DNA from: Nemertoderma westbladi | Lineage: Eukaryota > Animalia > Xenacoelomorpha | Direction: 5' to 3' | NCBI GenBank assembly: GCA_032718475.1 | Contig: JAUCBJ010007620.1 | Span: forward strand, 62,001-126,000 | Length of the DNA: 64,000 nucleotides | Shown: in pieces, positions 49,995 through 58,388 of the stretch | Layout: the number at the start of each line of letters is the position of its first letter | Position numbering within the stretch: position 1 is the first letter of the stretch | The notes under the pieces: generated by a model | Told to the model about the DNA's origin: nothing | The model's input: the letters and a program-made list of their open reading frames with translations, nothing else | Database searches by the model: none | Program-made: the position numbers and the translations under genes

Positions 49995-52589
49995 CTATTT
50001 CTTTTTCTGATACGCCTTCCGTCTCTTCGCCCGTCGACTCTCATCGATCGCTATGGCTGGTAGAGGAGCGTCAACATCCATCGTGAGTAACGCTTCGGCT
50101 TGTCTCCTGGCGGCTCTTCCTTTCGAAGGCAACGGGATCATGTCGGTTCGTCTTTCCAACTCGGAGTTGCGTGCCTCTAGGAACCATTCTCCGTCACCGA
50201 ACTCCTCTTTATACGAATATAATCGTCTAATAACTTCGAATGGACCGAATAATCCGGCGCTCAGTAGCAGATCCACGTAATGGAAGGGTAGCGAGGCCGA
50301 CGTGTGGAGGCGTTCCGGGAAGGAGAAATATCCGCACGCCATCTCCTGCGCGATATTCCGAGCGTTTCTCCGAAACTTGGTCTTTAAATGGCTGTTTGCG
50401 TATGTCTCAAACATGACCATATTGCCCATAGCGGTAACGTCTTTGGTTGGACATTTAATATAGCAGCGGGGGCTAGCGGAATGTCCACGGAAACCGCACG
50501 TGGTGCAGAGGTTATAAAGGATCGGACAGACCGAAACGTCGTGGCCCGATATCGCGCAGTATGGGCAATAGAGTATCCCGAGGAGCTGGAGGCAAGAATC
50601 GGTAACCCGATTCCTTCTGCTGCGTGGGCACTGCTCCGAACCGCAGTCGCCGCATACCTCCAACTGCATCTCTCGACCGGGGAATATCGGAATCGGGACG
50701 CCGGCGTAGTATTCGAGACGTCGGTCGCTCTTCGGAATATTCTCGGTGGTCGGTAGCCCGCGGAATGCTGGGCTCTTGCGTAGTATGTTCTCGCTTCGAT
50801 AACCCTCTTTATGTCCCGATGGTCTCAACTCGGACGACCGTTTCTGGCGGTGGATCCATTCAGTTTGCTCGGCGTACCAACGAGTTAGTCGCATAGGGTC
50901 CTGAGGAATGGCGGGTGTAGTAGCCACCGCTGGTCGGCGAAGAGGTGCCGGGGTTTTCGACGGAGGGATACCGAGGAGATCGTCGGGTGTCGGCGCATCG
51001 CTGGGGCCTTCCTCGACCAGTATCGCTGAGCAGGTCCGTTGTTGGCTGGTACTCGGAATCTCCGACGACCAATCTTCGCCGCCCGGGAAAGGATACGGGG
51101 ATAACCGTTGGCATATGTCGCCGAAGTCGCTCAATGCAGCCGTAGTGGCTACCTCTCTCGCGGGGCTACCGGAGCCGCGTGGGGTGTAGACGCCTGCTCT
51201 CTTCATCGGTTCGGCAACCCGTTTGGCGGCCGGTCCGTACGCGGCCTCCGGTTCGAGTTGTCGCTTCGGGGTGGAGAGTAGAACACCCTCGTTTAGCCAT
51301 ATCTCTTCCCCTTCCGAGGAGATCAGAGGCTCCTCCGCACCGAGAAGTTCGGTAATCGTAGGGATGTCGTAAGGTCCGCTCTCGTCCCAGGAATCGATAA
51401 CGGCGGGCGTTTTTGATTCTCCCGGCGTAATGTTCTCGACCGCTTTAAACGCGTGGTTTATAACCTCGTTCCAGTCGTAGTCGACGAAAGAAAGGGGGAC
51501 CGCCGTGATGAGGTTATCTAGAGTCTTGCAGATAAACTTAGCGACGGTGTAGCATTCCATAACGACGTAGATATAGCTCCGTCGATCAGGATTCTCCCAC
51601 CTTTGGTGTATCGTCCACTTCCGATCGACGTCCTTCCATCGACCCTCTCGCTCGCTCTTTATCTCTAATCCCGGGTATCCGCCGTATATTTTATTATAGT
51701 CCCGGAATTTCTGGGGTTTGAAGTCGATACCGCCGTTGAGCACAGCGAGGTAGCCGATCCCGGATTTCGTCGGTCTCACTACTTGGAATCCTCGCATGAA
51801 CTCGGCGAATCGTAACCAGGCTAGCAGCGTTTGAGTGTCGATGCAATGGCTAAGTGCGTTGAGGTCATTTCGTCGGTTTCTTCCTGCGGGAGCGTTCGCG
51901 TAGTCGTTCCGGACGTCCGCCTTGATATCCGACCCGATTTTAATGACGTCGAAGTCGAAGAGGATCTTTTGGATATCCGGAGGCAGCAACCAGATCGCTC
52001 CGGCTGCCTGCACTTCATGTCTGGGTGTCGGGAATATTCGGCACACCAGTACCAAACCGTCCAGGGTTCCGAGGACGACGACTAAGGATCGACCGTATTC
52101 TTTCGCCCCGTACTTTTCCTGGTAGTCGTCGCGGTTTTGGATAATCGATACGCGTTCCTCTCGAAGCGTCGCCGTACACTCCGACAGGTTTCCCCAGTGG
52201 GCGAGGTACGTACTCTTGTCGTCGACGAAACTCTGACATCTCGCCAACGTAATCGCCTTCGAAGTGGGCGTCGCGTTTCCCTCGTTGTCGTAGATCAAAC
52301 ATCGGGATCTGTAGACGCTCTGCCGGAACGTTTCCCAAAACGACGAATCGTCCCCTCCGGTTGCCTTTGCGTTCCGAGTTCTTTTCAGTCTCGTACTAGC
52401 ATCGGCTAACCGGAGGGCTCGTAGATTCTTAGAATCCGGTCCCTCTCGCCCGGTGAATTTAATTTCTCGTACGTTCTCATTTAGCAGAATGTTCCAATTT
52501 GTATCAAAGTCAGGGGATCCGGGTTGCGAATATTCCAGTAGATCTATCGTGTTACGTAATTCGCCGATAATTTGGCGATTTGGGTCCAT
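49995..52589 (-). CDS. Accessory protein: DEDDy-type 3'-5' exonuclease-like domain (WRN/EXD/Mut-7-like) plus CCHC zinc knuckles and a basic tail
   Basis: ExoI-like LIYDNEG; LPPDIQKILFDFDVIKIGSDIKADV (ExoII); CIDTQ; GIGYLA; RWE..YIYVVMEC (ExoIII-like); CPYCAISGHDVSVC; CTTCGFRGHSASPRC. Intact 864-aa ORF. Confidence 0.7.
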   Translation of the reverse strand: MDPNRQIIGELRNTIDLLEYSQPGSPDFDTNWNILLNENVREIKFTGREGPDSKNLRALRLADASTRLKRTRNAKATGGDDSSFWETFRQSVYRSRCLIYDNEGNATPTSKAITLARCQSFVDDKSTYLAHWGNLSECTATLREERVSIIQNRDDYQEKYGAKEYGRSLVVVLGTLDGLVLVCRIFPTPRHEVQAAGAIWLLPPDIQKILFDFDVIKIGSDIKADVRNDYANAPAGRNRRNDLNALSHCIDTQTLLAWLRFAEFMRGFQVVRPTKSGIGYLAVLNGGIDFKPQKFRDYNKIYGGYPGLEIKSEREGRWKDVDRKWTIHQRWENPDRRSYIYVVMECYTVAKFICKTLDNLITAVPLSFVDYDWNEVINHAFKAVENITPGESKTPAVIDSWDESGPYDIPTITELLGAEEPLISSEGEEIWLNEGVLLSTPKRQLEPEAAYGPAAKRVAEPMKRAGVYTPRGSGSPAREVATTAALSDFGDICQRLSPYPFPGGEDWSSEIPSTSQQRTCSAILVEEGPSDAPTPDDLLGIPPSKTPAPLRRPAVATTPAIPQDPMRLTRWYAEQTEWIHRQKRSSELRPSGHKEGYRSENILRKSPAFRGLPTTENIPKSDRRLEYYAGVPIPIFPGREMQLEVCGDCGSEQCPRSRRNRVTDSCLQLLGILYCPYCAISGHDVSVCPILYNLCTTCGFRGHSASPRCYIKCPTKDVTAMGNMVMFETYANSHLKTKFRRNARNIAQEMACGYFSFPERLHTSASLPFHYVDLLLSAGLFGPFEVIRRLYSYKEEFGDGEWFLEARNSELERRTDMIPLPSKGRAARRQAEALLTMDVDAPLPAIAIDESRRAKRRKAYQKKK

Positions 52590-53833
52590 ATTTACGATTA
52601 TATCCGTTACAAATTAGATCAGTTAATTATAAGTCCAGAAAGTCTGAAACTATAGCGATAGCAGAATAATTCAGTTTTTTATTTAATTCAGTTTATTAAA
52701 TAACATTGCTATATAGACATCTATCATCTTATTGCTAATACATTCAGCATTTACAGTTACTATAGCTATACATAATATCCAACCAGTTTTTTATGACTTT
52801 TTTGTCCTTTTTTTCCAATTCTTTTCTTTGACCTCTTTTATACCTTTTTTTTCTTTTTTCATTTCTTTTCATTATTATTTCATCTCATTTCATTTATTTC
52901 CACATATTTCAACACATTTAGTTCCACCATTTATTTCACATTTATTTATTTCCACATCATCATTGGGTTTATAGCCCCCCGGCTATCATCATTGGTTATA
53001 AGCGCAGCACCAGGGTGCGCATCATTTCATTTTCATCAGCATACGCGTCATCATTCAGGTTTATAGCAGAGTTGTCTGATCCTTTTCATCATTTCCAACT
53101 ATATTGAATCATTTTCTTTGGTTAATCTTTGTCGTGGAAGGGGTGTTACGCGGCAATCTGGGATCTACAGCTGGACTCGTTATACCGCCTACGCCCCAAA
53201 CTGCGCACGTAACGGACAATGGAGACGCTAGGAGTGAAGTCACGTGGGTGCACCAGGGACCCACCAGAATAACACTCCCAACAACATAAAGCTCAGTCGA
53301 CGAAGTCATGTGGGATGGGGTTACGCAACATTCTGGGATCTACAGCTGGACTCGTTACACCGCCTACGCCCCAAAATCCACGCAACGGTCCCACCAGAAT
53401 AACGCGACTGAGAAACATAAAACCCTCTATTGTCGAAGTCACGTGGATGCACCATGGACCCACCAGAATAACGGGATAGAGGGGGTGTTGCGCGGCAATC
53501 CGGGATCTACAGCTGGACTCGTTACACCGCCTACGCCCCGAACTGCGCACGCAACGGACAACATAACATACTGCGATGAATACAATGAATTCCACTTCAA
53601 ATCTTTTCCATTTCCAATAATTCAATATCGTAGGTCCTGATGTCCAAAATCAGGGTAAACAATGCATAAACGACCCTGCGTCAGCCGAAACATCTGCAGG
53701 GTGATGCTGGACTCCACATAACACACGAGGAAACACAAATACCATTGCGTGGTTACAGTTGGTTTAAGGGGGTCCATAATTCGTTGTCGATAAATCACAG
53801 TTTATAAGAGTTTGTCAACATGATGAGAAGGGT

Positions 53834-56800
53834 TTAAACGCATTTATAATTGTCACCAATGTCCACAGTAGGATCCGTAGGGAACTTATCACCTCTTGTA
53901 GAATCACCACTGTCATTGCCTTCAAGAAGGCACAGCTTCTGGATGGGGCGTTGGTAGTGGCCCGCTTTCGTTCGTATCGTCACAGTCCTCGCAAGTCCGT
54001 CTTTGCTTGGGTGTATGGTCACGACCCGCGCCACAGGCCAGTGAACGCGGTCTTTGAGATCTTCTCTAACTAGTACCATGTCGCCAACTGCGACATTCCG
54101 GTGGGTGTTGTTCCATTTCCTCCTGGTCCGGAGGGTTATGAGATATTCCTGGGCCCAAATCCTCCACCAATGCGCTGCCAACGCTTGGGCCTTTTTCCAG
54201 TTTGTATGTTTCGCGATCTCGTTGGGATCCGGGAACATGGTTTCCGGGAGGAGGTGGGTTTTGGGTCTCCCCAGTAAGTGGTTAGGAGTGAGGGGCTCAA
54301 CTGAGGCGTTCGCCATCCGGGTATTACGGCAGATTAGTCCGTGCTCTCCAATTAATGGTGTCAATGTTATCAACATCATTATTATCATCAACAATCTTAT
54401 TAGCCACCAAATCATGGGCACGCGCCAATGTCCGTCTTTGAACGTGGCCTTATCAAAAATGTTGGTACAATATTGATCTTCCTCGGACGGATTCTCGTCC
54501 TTCTCGGCAAACTCTCGGGTCTCCACATTAAAGCATCCGGTCATCTCCTGCTGGGTTCTCTCGGTTTCAAGGAAAAAATCCTCGTCCAGGTTTGTAGTTG
54601 AGCAATAACCCATGGAGGTTACATTTTCTTTAATCTGACATTTAGGAAGGTAGGTATAGGTGTCCGTAGTTTCCTCCTTAATGCCGCAGAGTGTCCATCC
54701 CATTATTGTTCGTTCAGCATAAAATCCGTCATCCTGGTTTATAGATCGGGCGATATCTCCGGTGGGGATGTGTAGTTCCGGTGTATCAAGTCCGATCAGT
54801 AGGGTGATACGGTTTACGTCCAACTGCGGACACCTCAGGTCTACATCGTCCCGGTCCAATTGTATGAGGGGGGCGTACTCGGCTGATTGTCGGAACCGCA
54901 CCCGGAGGTCTGTGTGTACCAAGGCGTTCTTTATAGTTAACTTAGCCGTTTCGTAGCCCTTCATCACTCCTTCCATCTGGAGTTGCACCTCCCCGGACTC
55001 TACCTCTCTGTTATCGGTGATGGTTTGTATGGGCCGTTTACAAGGCTCATATTCTAGTCCGAGTTGCTCGAGAAAATCCCGGTCGATGATGGTTCCGTCG
55101 GACCCGTTATCGAGGAACGCGAGTGTCGTCAAAGATTTACCGACTCCTTGGATCCTTACTGGGATTACCTTTGCGAAAACCATGTAGCGGCGATTTATAA
55201 GATTAATCGTGGCCGAAATATTTGTTACTTGTGGTGTATCGGTGGAGATTTTAAACGGGTTGGTTTCTCTCCGTTGGGTTGTCCGGGTTCCTTTGAAGAC
55301 GTGGTTTGTTTCTCCTCTTCGCCTGGCTTCGATCCGAAAGGGGAGGGTAGTAAAATCGAAGTTCGCGGGGATGTGGAGGAGCGTGTGATGGCGTTGGTCG
55401 TTACAGACAGCACAGCACGACCTTTGGTCGCAATCCCGAATGTAGTGACCTGTTCCAAGACACCGGAAGCATCCTCGGTGTTTCATCATCGCCTCAAAGC
55501 GTGGGACGAGTTCAGCAAACTGGAACTTTCCGCAGAATTCCAACTTATGTTTCTCCCCACAGAAGAGACATATAGGGGAGGCTGTGGTGCCTTCCCTTTC
55601 GGGTGCCCAATTCGCTAGGTAGCATGCCCATTCTTCTGCTAAGGTCGGTTCCTCGTAATCCTCGTCATCCGAGTCCTCAGCCATACTGATGGCCATCGCA
55701 CTCACAGGAGTAGGGCGGAATCTTGGGTTTGGAGTGGGTGCCCTGCTCTGGTAATTGCTCTCCATTGCGTCCAACTTGGCGAGACTTTGTTTCGAGAACA
55801 TCGAGTCAATCATGGCTTCGGAGATATCGTCCAGGAATGCCGACATTTCGAGGAAGCTGGGATCTTGATCTGGATGCCTGCGCCGGAGATCTACACATTT
55901 ATAAGCCCACTTACTTTGTAGCCATCCGGGGAACTTCCGGGCGATCTGTCGGAGGTTTAGGATGTTGTTCACCTGGTCCTCCTTATTCAAGGGTTTCAGA
56001 GTATAGTAGGCATCCTTCATAGAGTCGGAGAATTCCTGTATGTTCTGTGGGTCTCCTAGTGATCCCGCGTCCTGTATCAGTCTCTCTAGAGTTTTATTAA
56101 TTATAGTTCCGGTATTTCCGTATCTTTTATCCAGAGTTTTCCATGCGTCATAGTATGCCTCATGAGAACCTCCTTCAAAACATGCAATAATTCTGCGTGG
56201 TTTGTCACCCAGGTATTGCGATAAATATACCAATTTCTGTGCGTCGGCTATGTCCGTTGATCCGATCTGCGCAAAGAACCGTTTCTTAAATCTGAGGTAA
56301 TCGACGGGATCCCCTTCGAAGGTGCGAATCTCCATCTTAGGCATGGCAAGGCGGTTCTCCAACGCCCGGATGATGCTGACGTCATCTGAACTGGAGTGAC
56401 TCGGAGGGTTATAGTTATTGGCACTCACTCCCATACTTGATGGATCAATAATAGGTGGAGTTTTAATAATGACGCGGCTACGAGTTTGTGGTGTCGATGT
56501 AAACGGGTTATTTGATCGGGGAGTGGCGTCCCGTTCCGAGTCCTTTTCAGGCTCGTACTTGGGTACACTCGCTGTCGTGGTGTTGGATGGGAAATAAGGT
56601 TCCTCATTCTTTAGCGTAGCTGGTGGGGGATGGAACACCGGGGCTTGTGCCGATAGCGTAGACTGTTTGGTGGGCGGGATCTCGGGTTTCGGAGGCTTCG
56701 CCGATGTTGGTGTAAATGACTTTTCTAACTCCGGTACCGGAATTGGTTCATATTCCTGATCTATATCCCTTTCCCAGTCCTCGTAGAGTTGAATATCTCG

Positions 56801-57907
56801 TTCTATAAGTGCGGCTTCGTATTCTGCGAGTTTTGCAATATCCGCATTCTTTTTGTGGATGAGAATTGCTTGGGCCTCGGCGTGTTGTTTACGCATTTCT
56901 GCTTCCCATTTACGTTGTTCGATCTCCCGTTCGGCCTCTCGTCCGCGTTGTTCGGCTTCCTGTTTGCGTTGTTCGGCCTCGTGTTTGCGCTGTTCGGCCT
57001 GTCGTTCGTCCTCGTGTTTGCGTTGTTCGGCCTCTCGCCTGCGTTGTTCGGCCTGTTGTTCGTCCTCTCGTTTGCGTTGTTCGGCCTCGTGTTTGCGCTG
57101 TTCGGCCTGTCGTTCGTCCTCGTGTTTGCGTTGTTCGGCCTCTCGCCTGCGTTGTTCGGCCTGTCGTTCGTCCTCTCGTTTGCGTTGTTCGTCCTCTCGC
57201 CTGCGTTGTTCGGCTTCCTGTTCACGTTGTTCGGCCTGTCGTTCGGCCACTTGTTCGGCCTCTCGCCTTTGTGTTTCTGCAGCTAATACATCTTGCTCGG
57301 CTTGCAGTTGAATATACTCATCTTCCATCCGAGCTTTGAGGGCTAATGCCTTCCGCTCTCGCAGTTGGTCTCGGAGTGGCGGCGCCCCTTGAGAACTGCG
57401 CGCTGAGCCGGATATCTCGCTCCTAGCGCTGGAGTGCTGATTTCTGGTGGACCCCATTCTCTTGCGATGTACTCCTGTCCTGATGCTGGAGGATCGTACT
57501 GATTCCGCGTCTGTTCTTTCAGCCCTCTTGTAATACTGTTCCTCGTAGCCTCTCACAAGGCTGAGGGTCCTCCGGTGTTGTTTGCGGAACCCATCTAGAT
57601 GTACAACGTGTTCTTCCAGCTTGGGGTAGTTTTCCAGATCGGTGGGGGGAACGAGCTCTTGGTACGCCTGTATCATTCTTTCATACCGCTGTAGGATATT
57701 TCGGATACTTTGAAGCTGAGTTTGTACCTCATTGAGGGGGGTTTTGACTCCCTTGAGTTGTTTCTCCATCCGTTGATACGCTCGGGTTACTCCGCCTTTA
57801 AGAGCCCCTAACCGACGGGTCATGTTCTTGACGTTTGGTACCTCGTCGGCTTCCGAGTCTGTGTGGTGATCCATCTCGTCGGTATCGGATACGTTATTTG
57901 TGGTCAT
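53834..57907 (-). CDS. BEL/Pao gag-protease fused directly to the integrase C-terminal (DUF5641-like) tail; RT, RNase H and integrase core absent
   Basis: FEGDPVDY..QKLVYL gag; CLFCGEKHKLEFC / CFRCLGTGHYIRDC / CAVCNDQRHHTLLH; AFLDNGS protease; then PLTPNHLL..WRIWAQEYL..VGDMVLV..DGLARTV..RPIQKLCLL. Confidence 0.9.
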   Translation of the reverse strand: MTTNNVSDTDEMDHHTDSEADEVPNVKNMTRRLGALKGGVTRAYQRMEKQLKGVKTPLNEVQTQLQSIRNILQRYERMIQAYQELVPPTDLENYPKLEEHVVHLDGFRKQHRRTLSLVRGYEEQYYKRAERTDAESVRSSSIRTGVHRKRMGSTRNQHSSARSEISGSARSSQGAPPLRDQLRERKALALKARMEDEYIQLQAEQDVLAAETQRREAEQVAERQAEQREQEAEQRRREDEQRKREDERQAEQRRREAEQRKHEDERQAEQRKHEAEQRKREDEQQAEQRRREAEQRKHEDERQAEQRKHEAEQRKQEAEQRGREAEREIEQRKWEAEMRKQHAEAQAILIHKKNADIAKLAEYEAALIERDIQLYEDWERDIDQEYEPIPVPELEKSFTPTSAKPPKPEIPPTKQSTLSAQAPVFHPPPATLKNEEPYFPSNTTTASVPKYEPEKDSERDATPRSNNPFTSTPQTRSRVIIKTPPIIDPSSMGVSANNYNPPSHSSSDDVSIIRALENRLAMPKMEIRTFEGDPVDYLRFKKRFFAQIGSTDIADAQKLVYLSQYLGDKPRRIIACFEGGSHEAYYDAWKTLDKRYGNTGTIINKTLERLIQDAGSLGDPQNIQEFSDSMKDAYYTLKPLNKEDQVNNILNLRQIARKFPGWLQSKWAYKCVDLRRRHPDQDPSFLEMSAFLDDISEAMIDSMFSKQSLAKLDAMESNYQSRAPTPNPRFRPTPVSAMAISMAEDSDDEDYEEPTLAEEWACYLANWAPEREGTTASPICLFCGEKHKLEFCGKFQFAELVPRFEAMMKHRGCFRCLGTGHYIRDCDQRSCCAVCNDQRHHTLLHIPANFDFTTLPFRIEARRRGETNHVFKGTRTTQRRETNPFKISTDTPQVTNISATINLINRRYMVFAKVIPVRIQGVGKSLTTLAFLDNGSDGTIIDRDFLEQLGLEYEPCKRPIQTITDNREVESGEVQLQMEGVMKGYETAKLTIKNALVHTDLRVRFRQSAEYAPLIQLDRDDVDLRCPQLDVNRITLLIGLDTPELHIPTGDIARSINQDDGFYAERTIMGWTLCGIKEETTDTYTYLPKCQIKENVTSMGYCSTTNLDEDFFLETERTQQEMTGCFNVETREFAEKDENPSEEDQYCTNIFDKATFKDGHWRVPMIWWLIRLLMIIMMLITLTPLIGEHGLICRNTRMANASVEPLTPNHLLGRPKTHLLPETMFPDPNEIAKHTNWKKAQALAAHWWRIWAQEYLITLRTRRKWNNTHRNVAVGDMVLVREDLKDRVHWPVARVVTIHPSKDGLARTVTIRTKAGHYQRPIQKLCLLEGNDSGDSTRGDKFPTDPTVDIGDNYKCV

Positions 57908-58095
57908 TGTAACGCCTCGTCGATGGCGAGATACGCGATGTCGTAAAACAGTTCCTCGTAGGTATTGTACTCAGCTTGGACCACCCGAACAGTAATCCTG
58001 AATCGTCCAACGTTCGTTCCTTGTACCTCAACTTCGACGTGCCAGATTCCTGGCTCAACTTGAATTATATCAATGGGTGTGATCGATACTTCCAT
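57904..58095 (-). CDS. Putative 63-aa upstream ORF whose stop overlaps the gag start (ATGA)
   Basis: True ATG at 58095; TGA/ATG overlap at 57904-57907. Confidence 0.4.
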   Translation of the reverse strand: MEVSITPIDIIQVEPGIWHVEVEVQGTNVGRFRITVRVVQAEYNTYEELFYDIAYLAIDEALQ

Positions 58096-58388
58096 TCCCT
58101 GTTAACAACTCTCCCGAATTGTGATCTGCCGACTACGAGTTGGTTAGATCGAGTTTGTTGTTTAATTAAACCACGACTTTGTCTCAACTCAAATACCAGA
58201 GTTTCCTCGTAGTGGGTGCTGGCAAGCACGTAGAGAGTTTTTGAAGAGTATTGAAGGATTCTCAACTTCCACCAGTTGAAGTTGACCGTAATTATCCTTA
58301 ATTTTGACACCGTGTCAAAATTAACCGCATTAATTATTCTTAATTTTGACACCCTGTCAAAATTAACCACGTGAATTATTCTTAATTT

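Noticed and set aside
56789-57339. Overlapping antisense and alternative-frame ORFs over gag repeats (also 20263-20553, 36647-37436 and those over 50053-52409)
   Set aside because: Shadows of repetitive or GC-rich coding sequence on the other strand or frame.
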